From Pyrodictium abyssi (lineage in GTDB: Archaea > Thermoproteota > Thermoprotei_A > Sulfolobales > Pyrodictiaceae): a stretch of DNA of 32,000 nucleotides. The notes under the pieces are model-generated. The model was not told where the DNA came from. It searched no databases and saw only the letters and a program-made list of their open reading frames with translations. Shown in pieces: positions 17,596 to 25,374 of the stretch (positions are counted from its first letter, which is position 1; each line of letters starts with the position of its first letter). The position numbers and the translations under genes are program-made. The stretch spans positions 1,290,001 to 1,322,000 of the forward strand of contig NZ_AP028907.1 of assembly GCF_036323395.1 (NCBI RefSeq), given 5' to 3'.

Positions 17596-18943
17596 GCAGG
17601 GATTATTCGTTGACCGGGACCGGGAGCTTAAGGCCCTCCTGGACGAGGCGGCGGCGCCGGGGCTACGCATAGCAATAGTCTATGGCCGCCGGAGGATAGG
17701 CAAGACCTGGCTAGCGCGGATGCTGCTACGCCGCGTGAACCGTGGGGTCTACGTGTTTATCCCGGAGGCTGAGGAGCGGCTACTCCTCCGGCTACTGCGC
17801 TCCAGGCTCTCCACGCTATGCGAGGGCCTCTCCGGCTCCTCGTGGGAAGGGCTGCTCACTGGCCTAGCGGAGTGCGCCGAGCAGCGGGGAGAACTGCTGC
17901 TCGTTATCGACGAGTTCCAGAGGCTAGGGCCGGGGTTTATCTCACACCTGCAGCTACTAGCCGACACGCTGCCCGATAGCCCGCTTAAGCTCGTCCTCCT
18001 CGGGAGCGCTGTGTCCGTAATAGACCGTATAGCCGGGGCCCTCGGGCCCCTCTACGGGCGCTGCGTACTGGTTAAGCTGGCCGGCTTCCGCTTCCTAGAG
18101 GCGTTCGTAATGCTACGGGAGAGGCTCGGCGCGTCACCGCTCCAGGCGTTCGAGACCTATAGCGTGTTCGGCGGCTCCCCGTACAACTTGTCGCTGGTCG
18201 AGACACTCGACTGGAGGAGGGAGGCGAAGAGGCATATACACAGCGTCTATGGCCGGCTCTACGAGGAGCCGCTCCACGTGCTCTCCTCCGAGACGAGGGA
18301 GCCGGGGGTCTACGCCTCGATACTCGAGGCTATAGCTCGGGGTAGGAGGAGCTTCAGCGAGATAGCCCAGGTAGTACACCGAACGAGCCTGGTGAAGTAC
18401 CTCGAGGTTCTCCGCAACCTAGGCATAGTGGAGCGCGTGGTCCCCGCGGGCGAGAACCCGCTCCGCACGAAGAAGGCGCAGTACGTCATAGGCGACCCGT
18501 TCTGGGACTATTGGTTCAAGATGGTGTACCCCCGGCGGGATGAGGCCGAGCTTAGCGGCGAGGTTGGCCTAGACGAGGAGGGGGTCAGGCTGCACATGTC
18601 TGAGTGGTTTGAGAGGGTAGCACGGGAGCTCGTGTCGAGGCTGTACGGGGTAAAGGCGTCGCCGTGGTGGAGCAGAGAGGTGGAGATAGATGTGATCGCG
18701 CCCACGTCCCGCGGCGCATACGTCTTCGAGATCAAGTATAGGGAGGTGGACTCCAGCGAGGCTGAGCGGCTTCTGAGAAGCCTAGAGGCGAAGACAACCA
18801 GGCTCCCCATGAAGATGGCCGGTGTGGGCCTCATAGCGCTCCGCGCCGAGCACCCTGGGGGAGACTACATAGTCATGGGGTTCGACGAGCTTGTAGAGGC
18901 TGCCCTGGCGAAGTCTAGCGTGCGTGTTGAGAGGCTAGCGTGA
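17594..18943 (+). CDS. Archaeal ATPase (Arch_ATPase/DUF234-type) with C-terminal nuclease-like domain; start uncertain
   Basis: Translation upstream of the tracked ATG (17720) in the same frame: LLQGLFVDRDRELKALLDEAAAPGLRIAIVYGRRRIGKTWLAR (Walker A), then VIDEFQ. C-term: EIDVIAPTSRGAYVFEIKYREV resembles E...D...ExK. No ATG/GTG/TTG between the in-frame TGA at 17588 and 17720. Confidence 0.8.
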   Translation: MQGLFVDRDRELKALLDEAAAPGLRIAIVYGRRRIGKTWLARMLLRRVNRGVYVFIPEAEERLLLRLLRSRLSTLCEGLSGSSWEGLLTGLAECAEQRGELLLVIDEFQRLGPGFISHLQLLADTLPDSPLKLVLLGSAVSVIDRIAGALGPLYGRCVLVKLAGFRFLEAFVMLRERLGASPLQAFETYSVFGGSPYNLSLVETLDWRREAKRHIHSVYGRLYEEPLHVLSSETREPGVYASILEAIARGRRSFSEIAQVVHRTSLVKYLEVLRNLGIVERVVPAGENPLRTKKAQYVIGDPFWDYWFKMVYPRRDEAELSGEVGLDEEGVRLHMSEWFERVARELVSRLYGVKASPWWSREVEIDVIAPTSRGAYVFEIKYREVDSSEAERLLRSLEAKTTRLPMKMAGVGLIALRAEHPGGDYIVMGFDELVEAALAKSSVRVERLA

Positions 18944-18946
18944 GAG

Positions 18947-18955
18947 GGTATATGG
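18947..18955 (+). promoter_or_regulatory. TATA-like promoter element upstream of queDE
   Basis: gagaGGTATATGGggcc about 205 nt upstream of ATG 19154. Confidence 0.45.
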
Positions 18956-19008
18956 GGCCGCGCTCTGCAGCTATGGTACCGGCTAGGCGCCCCTGGCGGG
19001 AATGAAGA

Positions 19009-19114
19009 CCGGGCTACCAGCCCGGAGGCCCAAGGGCGGCCGGTGCGGAGGAAACCTCGGGGGCGACCCGCCGGGGCCAATGCGGGCGCCGCGTTTATCA
19101 GTAGAAGGCGGCGC
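19009..19114 (+). ncRNA. Candidate structured leader or small RNA upstream of queD
   Basis: Hairpin CCGGGCT-ACC-AGCCCGG (19009-19025); nested stems GGCCC/GGGCC (19027-31/19074-78), GGCGG/CCGCC (19035-39/19068-72), GAGG-AAA-CCTC (19048-19058); stem GCGCCGC/GCGGCGC (19086-92/19108-14). Confidence 0.35.
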
Positions 19115-19153
19115 AGACCGTGCCTTGGCAGGGAAGCGGGACTAGGGAAGCGG

Positions 19154-19531
19154 ATGTGCGGGGTGCTGCCAGGAGTGCCATTCCGTGTACGGGCCTGCAC
19201 CGGGTTCTCCGCCGCTCACCGCATCGAGGGGCACCCGCGCTGCGGTAGGATACACGGGCACAACTACCGGGTATGCATAGTGCTCCGCGAGGACAAGCCC
19301 ATGGGGATAGACCTGGACGAGCTCGAGGAGTGGCTCCACGAGAACGTCTTCAAGAGGTTTGACCACCAGTACCTCAACCGGCAGCTCGCCGGCGCCGGCG
19401 AGCTGCCGACGGTCACTAGCGAGGACCTGGCCAGGATGATAGCGGGCTGGCTCGAGGAGAGTTACCCGGGGAGGGTTGAGCTTGTCGAGGTCTGCGAGAC
19501 CCCCGAGCTCTGCGTCGAGTACATCCCCTAG
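19154..19531 (+). CDS. queD: 6-carboxy-tetrahydropterin synthase (QueD / PTPS family)
   Basis: FSAAHRIEGHPRCGRIHGHNYRV (zinc His and catalytic Cys), DHQYLN, ETPELCVEYIP. Confidence 0.92.
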   Translation: MCGVLPGVPFRVRACTGFSAAHRIEGHPRCGRIHGHNYRVCIVLREDKPMGIDLDELEEWLHENVFKRFDHQYLNRQLAGAGELPTVTSEDLARMIAGWLEESYPGRVELVEVCETPELCVEYIP

Positions 19532-19538
19532 GCTCCGC

Positions 19539-20195
19539 GTGGTAGAGGTCTTCGCTAGCCTGCAGGGCGAGGGCCCCTTCACGGGGAGCCGTAGCGTCTT
19601 CATAAGGCTCGCTGGCTGCGATCTGCGCTGCCCCTTCTGCGACACCGTGTACAGCCTCGACCCTCGGGCCGGGAGGCCTGTGGACGTTGAGGAGCTGGCA
19701 AGAGTGGTCGAGGAGGAGAGGCCGAGCCTGGTCGTGGTCACCGGGGGCGAGCCGCTGCTACAGAGGAGGGGCGTCAACGAGCTAGCCAGGCTCCTAGCCG
19801 GGCGGGGGTACCGGGTCCAGCTCGAGACTAACGGCACACTCCCAGCACCAGAGCCGGGGGAGCCGCTCTACCAGGTGTACCACGTCGTCTCCCCGAAGGA
19901 CGTGCCAGTAGCCGTTGAGGGGGCTAGGCTCCACCCATCCTGGGTGGAGGCCTCGCGGTCCACGGGCAGGGTATGGTTCAAGTTCCTCGCCTCCAGCGAG
20001 GAGCATGTAGAAGCCGTGGCCAGGTATGTAGAGGAGAAGGGTATACCCTGGGAACGGGTCTACGTGATGCCTCTGACCAGGGAGGGCATGTCACCCGAGG
20101 AGCTGCTCGGGCTCCACAGGAGAGTGGCGAGACTAGCGCTGGACCACGGGTTCAACTTCAGCCCCCGGCTCCACCTTCTCCTCGGGCTCCGCTAG
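19539..20195 (+). CDS. queE: 7-carboxy-7-deazaguanine synthase, radical SAM (QueE)
   Basis: FASLQGEGPFTGSRSVFIRLAGCDLRCPFCDTVYSL; VVTGGEPLLQ. Likely GTG start at 19539, just after the queD stop. Confidence 0.93.
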   Translation: MVEVFASLQGEGPFTGSRSVFIRLAGCDLRCPFCDTVYSLDPRAGRPVDVEELARVVEEERPSLVVVTGGEPLLQRRGVNELARLLAGRGYRVQLETNGTLPAPEPGEPLYQVYHVVSPKDVPVAVEGARLHPSWVEASRSTGRVWFKFLASSEEHVEAVARYVEEKGIPWERVYVMPLTREGMSPEELLGLHRRVARLALDHGFNFSPRLHLLLGLR

Positions 20196-20992
20196 CCACG
20201 GTAGACCGGGTAGCTGCCGAGCACGTGGAGGAACAGGCTCCGCGCCTTCGCCTCCTCCAGCGCCTCCGCGACGCGGTTGTCGAGCCTGCTACCCTCCAAG
20301 TCTATGTAGAAGTTGTAGTGCCAAGGCTTCCCCTGTATGGGCCGCGAGTATATCATCTTCAGGTTGACCCGGTGGCGGGCGAACGGCTCTAGGAACTTGT
20401 AGAGGCTGCCCGGCTCGTCGGGGAACGCCGCTATTATGCTCGTCCTCTCCGCGTTCTCCGGCTGGTCACGCCAGGCTAGCACTATGAACCTGGTGTAATT
20501 GGGGCCGTCCTCCAGCCCCTCGGCTATCACCTCCAGGCCGTACGCCTCGGCCGCGCGGCTGCTACAGACGCAGAGAGCACCCTCCTCGGCTGCCCGGCGG
20601 GCCGCATGGCTCGTGCTAGGCGTGGGGACAAGCTCGGCCCCGGGTGCCAGCTTCTCTAGGCTCCGCGCCGCCTCACGCAGCGCGTGAGGGTGGCCGTAGA
20701 CCTTTCCTGCGCCTCTGCGGCCCGCGAGGACCAGGGTTATCCTCATCTCCAGGGCCGCGTACACGTGGAGCATGGTAGTGGCGAGGTTGTCTAGGGTCTC
20801 GCCGACAGGGCCCTCGAGGCTGTTCTCCACCGGGGCCACACCGTAGTCTGCATCGTAGCTCTCTACCAGCTGGAACACCCTGGTTATGCTGCTGCAGGGA
20901 ACCAGCTCCGCCCCGGGGAACAGCTTCTCGGCCGCCATGTGTGTGAAGCTGTGCTCCGGGCCTAGGAAGGCGACGCGAACAATCACTCCCAC
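20192..20992 (-). CDS. pheA: Prephenate dehydratase
   Basis: VAFLGPEHSFTHMAAEKLF; DYGVAPVENSLEGPVGETLDNL; NYTRFIVL; ACT domain TSIIAAFPDEPGSLYKFLEPFARHRVNLKMIYSRP. Confidence 0.95.
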   Translation of the reverse strand: MGVIVRVAFLGPEHSFTHMAAEKLFPGAELVPCSSITRVFQLVESYDADYGVAPVENSLEGPVGETLDNLATTMLHVYAALEMRITLVLAGRRGAGKVYGHPHALREAARSLEKLAPGAELVPTPSTSHAARRAAEEGALCVCSSRAAEAYGLEVIAEGLEDGPNYTRFIVLAWRDQPENAERTSIIAAFPDEPGSLYKFLEPFARHRVNLKMIYSRPIQGKPWHYNFYIDLEGSRLDNRVAEALEEAKARSLFLHVLGSYPVYRG

Positions 20993-21138
20993 CCCCTAGC
21001 CCAACTCACGCTATGCGCAGCTACCCGGGGCCGGCCTCTATAACTGCTGCCCGGGGGCCGTGGCACCGGCTGACCACGGTCTATCGGAAAAGGTTTAGCC
21101 TGGCGAGACTATTCTTCGGGCATCCAGGTGCAGCAGCC

Positions 21139-22194
21139 ATGCAGACCAATGGGAAGAACACGACCGGCAGTAGTGAGCCAGAGAGGCACGACGTAGTCAT
21201 AGTGGGCGCTGGTATAGCGGGGCTTACTGCTGCCCTCTACCTCGCGCGGCAGGGTGTAGACGTGCTGGTCGTGAGCAGGGACTTGGGCGGCCAGCTCCTC
21301 CAGGCGCCACTGATAGAGAACTATCCGGGCATAGAGGCCATCAAGGGAGTCGACCTGGCAATGCGGGTAGAGAGGCAGGCCAAGACATTCGGCGCCAAGG
21401 TGAGGTACGGCGAACAGATAATCCGGGTAGAGAGGCTAGACGACGGCACCTTCCTGCTGGAGAGCAGCCGGGGCCGCCGCTACCACGCCGAGGTCGTGAT
21501 ACTCGCGTTCGGCAAGACCCCGAAGAGGATGGGTGTACCGGGCGAGGACGAGTACGACGGCCGCGGCGTGAGCTACTGCACTATCTGCGACGGGCCCCTC
21601 TACCGGGGCAGAAACACGGCCGTCGTGGGCATAGGCGACCAGGGCCTGGAGGCCGTTGCGCTACTAGCTGGGCTATGCCCCCGGGTTTACTACGTCACAC
21701 CCACCAAGCTCTTCGGCGACCCCGACCTCGTAGCCAGGGTCCGTGGAGCAGAGAACGTGGACATCCTGGAGAACCACGAGCCCGTACGCGTCCTGGGCGA
21801 TGGGCGCCGCGTCACAGGGCTAGTGGTGCGGGACAAGAAGACCGGCGAGGAGAAGACACTCGAGGTAGACGGGGTGTTCGTAGAGCTTGGCTACGAGGCT
21901 AAAACCGAGTTCGTAAAGCACCTCGTAGACCTAAACGAGAACGGCGAGATCATAACCGACAAGATGGGCAGGACAAAGACTCCAGGCCTCTTCGCCGCCG
22001 GCGACGTGACCGACATACCGTTCAAGCAGGCTGTGATCTCTGCCGGCGACGCCGCTAAGGCCGCTTTAGCCGCGTTCAACTACCTGCAGAAGAGGCGCGG
22101 CAAGAGCGTAGAGATACGGGGCGACTGGAAGAAAACCGGCGCCGTGAAGCCGAAGACACAGCTCCGCCTCGGCCTCAAGAAGAGGAAGGGATAG
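21139..22194 (+). CDS. trxB: Thioredoxin reductase-like FAD-dependent oxidoreductase
   Basis: GAGIAGLTAALYLARQGVDVLVV; redox CTICDGPLYRG; GLFAAGDVTD. NADPH motif HRRxxxR absent. Confidence 0.88.
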   Translation: MQTNGKNTTGSSEPERHDVVIVGAGIAGLTAALYLARQGVDVLVVSRDLGGQLLQAPLIENYPGIEAIKGVDLAMRVERQAKTFGAKVRYGEQIIRVERLDDGTFLLESSRGRRYHAEVVILAFGKTPKRMGVPGEDEYDGRGVSYCTICDGPLYRGRNTAVVGIGDQGLEAVALLAGLCPRVYYVTPTKLFGDPDLVARVRGAENVDILENHEPVRVLGDGRRVTGLVVRDKKTGEEKTLEVDGVFVELGYEAKTEFVKHLVDLNENGEIITDKMGRTKTPGLFAAGDVTDIPFKQAVISAGDAAKAALAAFNYLQKRRGKSVEIRGDWKKTGAVKPKTQLRLGLKKRKG

Positions 22195-22198
22195 CCGG

Positions 22199-22654
22199 CT
22201 AGAGGCCCTCCTCTTTCCGTATCTTTTCCGCGTACTGCTCCGGGGTGAGCAGCTTCTCAAGCTCCTTCTCGTCGCTGATCCTTATCTTGAACATCCAACC
22301 CTCGCCGTAGGGGTCCTGGTTCACGAGCTCCGGCTCGTCGTAGAGCCGCTCGTTGACCTCGACGACCTCTCCCGAGACGGGCGCGTATATGTCGGCGGCC
22401 GCCTTCACGGACTCTATGCTGCCGACGGCCTCTCCCGCGCTGACGCTGGAGCCGGGCTCAGGCAGCTCGACGCCGACCACGTCGCGTAGCTTCTTCTGGG
22501 CGTAGTCCGTGATGCCTACTACCACTACGTCGCCCTCGCGCTTCACCCACTCGTCGCTCTCGGTGTAGAGCCTGTCCTTCAAGACTATGTAGTCGCCTAC
22601 ACGTATCTGGTCTGTCAACTCCCTGAACACACCCCGCCCGAGGGGATCCTCCAC
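22199..22654 (-). CDS. gcvH: Glycine cleavage system H protein-like lipoyl protein
   Basis: [31 protein letters not shown]; lipoyl Lys motif [24 protein letters not shown]; [13 protein letters not shown]. Confidence 0.92.
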   Translation of the reverse strand: MEDPLGRGVFRELTDQIRVGDYIVLKDRLYTESDEWVKREGDVVVVGITDYAQKKLRDVVGVELPEPGSSVSAGEAVGSIESVKAAADIYAPVSGEVVEVNERLYDEPELVNQDPYGEGWMFKIRISDEKELEKLLTPEQYAEKIRKEEGL

Positions 22655-22735
22655 GCCCCCTTCTAGGGGCTGGGGTACACTAAAGACCTCCTGGGCTAGA
22701 CGGGTGCCCCCAGGCCGGCAGCGGGCTGGGAAGGT

Positions 22736-23422
22736 TTGAGGCGGCGAGCCCTCATCAACGGATGCAGCTCCAGGCGTCTCGTTGGCGCTGCTCTGCTTGC
22801 CGCCGTGCTGGCTGTACTCATTGTCCTGGAGTACCTTGGCCTACTCTCCGGCGTCGACTCCATGGTGTTCCAGGCCGTGGCCCGGCCAGGCCTCGTGGCT
22901 GCCGAGCTAGTGTCTGCCACAGCCAGTATACCAGCCTTCGCGGTGTACGCGGTAGCGCTCCTAGCGTACGATGCGGCTAGGCGCGGCAGGGTGAGCCTAG
23001 GGACAGTCTCGCTAGGAGTATCCCTGGCCGTGGCCATGGTTCACGTGGCTGTGTTGAAGGCCTCCCTGCAGGTGCCTCGGCCCGGGGAGCAGCCGCTCCA
23101 CCAGCCGCTCCTGGAGGCCCTCATGGCCGCCGACTACTACGCCTTCCCCTCGGGCCACACGGCGCGAGCCGTGGTAGCAGCGTACTACCTGTCCAGGGGC
23201 AGGAGGGGCCCGGCAAGGCTGGCTCTCTGGGCCTGGGCGCTAGCAGTAGCCGCTAGCCGGGTGCTGCTAGGTGCGCACTGGTTCAGCGATGTAGCAGCCT
23301 CTGTGGTGCTTGGCCTCTTCGTAGCGCTTGTCGTCGAGTGCACGGCCCCGGTCTGGCTCCGGGTGTACAATGCTACGCTTGGCAGAATCGAGGTTCTCCG
23401 GCCAGCCCCTGCAAAGCGTTGA
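22736..23422 (+). CDS. PAP2-superfamily membrane phosphatase
   Basis: [26 protein letters not shown]: the three PAP2 signature motifs. TTG start. Confidence 0.9.
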   Translation: MRRRALINGCSSRRLVGAALLAAVLAVLIVLEYLGLLSGVDSMVFQAVARPGLVAAELVSATASIPAFAVYAVALLAYDAARRGRVSLGTVSLGVSLAVAMVHVAVLKASLQVPRPGEQPLHQPLLEALMAADYYAFPSGHTARAVVAAYYLSRGRRGPARLALWAWALAVAASRVLLGAHWFSDVAASVVLGLFVALVVECTAPVWLRVYNATLGRIEVLRPAPAKR

Positions 23423-23476
23423 CCTATTCCGTTTATCATACAGGCCGCTGCGTGGAGAAGAGCGCTCCGCCGGGGA

Positions 23477-23490
23477 ACCCTATAAAATCC
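23477..23490 (+). promoter_or_regulatory. TATA-like promoter of the nuo cluster
   Basis: ggaaCCCTATAAAATCCCtc about 80 nt upstream of nuoA. Confidence 0.6.
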
Positions 23491-23564
23491 CTCTAGAGCG
23501 GGACACTAGTCAGTGACGCGTCCAGGCGACATCAAGACAGCTGCTGACCGCCACAGCGGGGGCC

Positions 23565-23936
23565 GTGGCCATGTACGACGCCATTGTGGCTATGGCTGTG
23601 GTTCTCGTCGTTGTTCCCCTCACCCTGCTTCTCGTGTACGGGTTCCTTTCGCGGGCTACTAGGGGCCCGGGGCATGTCTACAAGAGGCTCCGATTCGAGG
23701 CCGGTAACCCGCCCCGCGGGGCTGCACGAGTACCGACTATATACCAGTACTTCGGCTATATAATGATATTCGTGGCGCTTGACCCGATATTCATGCTCCT
23801 CTTCGTCCTACCCGCCGCCGGGAGCCAGTGGCACAAGATAATACTCCTAAGCATGGCCTCGGTGGCAGCCATACTCCCGCCGGTAGTCTACGCCACAAGG
23901 TATGCCCGGCGGCGGGAGTACTGGAGCCTCAACTAG
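23565..23936 (+). CDS. nuoA: NADH-quinone oxidoreductase subunit A-like
   Basis: Three TM helices, RFEAGNPPRG..., YFGYIMIFVALDPIFMLLFVLP; start may be ATG 23571. Confidence 0.9.
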   Translation: MAMYDAIVAMAVVLVVVPLTLLLVYGFLSRATRGPGHVYKRLRFEAGNPPRGAARVPTIYQYFGYIMIFVALDPIFMLLFVLPAAGSQWHKIILLSMASVAAILPPVVYATRYARRREYWSLN

Positions 23937-23952
23937 AGGAGGGCGTGCAGTC

Positions 23953-24585
23953 ATGGCCTACGGGGATTGGCGGCGCGGGCTCATACTCGTAGGCAGCCTA
24001 GAGGAGGCCGCTGAGCGGGCCGCACGCTGGCTCGTCGAGAAGACGCCTATAAGGACGCTGCGCGACTGGGCCACCAGCTTCAGCCTCTGGCCCGTGCACC
24101 TCACCACCAGCTGCTGCGGAGCCGAGTTCGCCGCCCTCTACGCCCCGAAGTACGACGCTGAGAGGCTGGGTAGTCTCCCCTTCACACACGCCCGTAACAC
24201 AAACCTGATACTCATAGAGGGGACGCTGACGAGGAAGATGGCGCGGGTCGCGCGCGTGACGTGGGAGCAGATGCCCTGGCCAAAGTTCGTCATTGCTATG
24301 GGGGCGTGCGCGTTCACTGGCGGCCTGTTCTACAACAGCTACAACATAGTCCTTGTACAGGACGTGCTCCCCGTCGACTACTATGTGCCGGGCTGCCCGC
24401 CGCCGCCCGAAGCAGTGGCCGATGCACTGATAAAGCTCCAGCGCAAGGTGCGGGAGGGCCGTTGGAGGCCTCGCGACGTCGAGGATAAGAGGAAGCTAGA
24501 GGAGCTGATGCAGCCTCTATACCGGGAGGCCGGGGACTATCAGCGAGCCGTAGCGGAGTGGAGGCGCCGTATCGAGGAACTGTAG
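23953..24585 (+). CDS. nuoB: NADH-quinone oxidoreductase subunit B-like (N2 cluster)
   Basis: TTSCCGAEFAALYAPKYD; MGACAFTGGLFYNSYN; VPGCPPPPEAV. Confidence 0.95.
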   Translation: MAYGDWRRGLILVGSLEEAAERAARWLVEKTPIRTLRDWATSFSLWPVHLTTSCCGAEFAALYAPKYDAERLGSLPFTHARNTNLILIEGTLTRKMARVARVTWEQMPWPKFVIAMGACAFTGGLFYNSYNIVLVQDVLPVDYYVPGCPPPPEAVADALIKLQRKVREGRWRPRDVEDKRKLEELMQPLYREAGDYQRAVAEWRRRIEEL

Positions 24586-24630
24586 GCCGGGGGACTGTCC
24601 TGCTGCACGCTGATGACCGGGCAAAGACGG

Positions 24631-25155
24631 CTAGGAGTTGTCCTTCGCCGGCTGCTCTTCGGGCTTGAGCTCGGGCTTTAGCACCCATACCGGCTTGCTC
24701 TGCTTTGTCGTAGTGAACGGCTCCTCGACTACACGGAAGTCCTTGCGGAGGGGGTACACGTTCTCTGGCCAGTCTTCGGGCAGCAGTAGGTGGCGGAGGT
24801 CGGGGTTGCCCTCGAAGACTATGCCGAGCATCTCGTGCTCTTCTCTCTCCTGGAGCTGGGCCGCCGGGTAGACGTCGGATATCGTGGGTACGCGCGGGTT
24901 GTCGCGGGGCACGTGGACCTCCAGGGCTACTAGGTCTGAGGGGTTCTCGGCGCGGGTGAAGTGGTATACTACCCTTATCCTGCCCTGTTTCGGCTCGTCT
25001 ACGCCGCTGATCATTAGGAGGTAGTCGTACCCTGCGTCGCGCAGCGTCTCTGCAGCCTCCCGGAGGCGCTCCGGCTGGACGATAGCCACCGTGACGCCTT
25101 GCCGCTCCTCTATCCTGGCAGCTATGCCGCCGAGCAGCTCCTCGAGGCTAGGCAT
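24631..25155 (-). CDS. nuoC: NADH-quinone oxidoreductase subunit C-like, on the opposite strand
   Basis: EREEHEMLGIVFEGNPDLRHLLLPEDWPENVYPLRKDFR. Confidence 0.92.
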   Translation of the reverse strand: MPSLEELLGGIAARIEERQGVTVAIVQPERLREAAETLRDAGYDYLLMISGVDEPKQGRIRVVYHFTRAENPSDLVALEVHVPRDNPRVPTISDVYPAAQLQEREEHEMLGIVFEGNPDLRHLLLPEDWPENVYPLRKDFRVVEEPFTTTKQSKPVWVLKPELKPEEQPAKDNS

Positions 25156-25248
25156 GCCTGCCAGCCCCCTCAGCTCTAGGGACGCGGGCTAGCGCCCCTC
25201 TATACGGGTTTGTTCGGCCGCTGTCGAGCAGCGTGAGTTTCAGGCAGG

Positions 25249-25262
25249 GTATAATATTTAAT
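25249..25262 (+). promoter_or_regulatory. TATA-like element upstream of nuoD
   Basis: GGTATAATATTTAA; a second TATA-like GTAATATAC lies at about 25307-25315. Confidence 0.45.
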
Positions 25263-25374
25263 GCCGTGGCCTCAGCGGGTTTTGTCTCTGAGGATACGTG
25301 CTCGATGTAATATACTGCTCTCGTCGAGCTGCGTCGAGCCGCTGTTTCGTCGATCGTGCAAAGGTGTGTCCGGC

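Noticed and set aside
17720-18943. Mobile element or defence assignment for the Arch_ATPase/DUF234-type gene
   Set aside because: The family is sometimes associated with mobile DNA, but no integrase, terminal repeats or partner effector gene is visible; neighbours are housekeeping genes.
19040-19080. Resemblance of GCGGAGGAAACCTCGGGG to RNase P RNA CR-I (GAGGAAAGUCC)
   Set aside because: The other universal RNase P elements (such as ACAGAAA-type sequence) were not found nearby, so the match is most simply a GAGG-AAA-CCTC hairpin.
24590-25235. Inverted repeats flanking nuoC that could explain its inversion
   Set aside because: Only a roughly 7-nt shared word (CAGCGTG) was seen near both ends; too short to be evidence of a recombination site.
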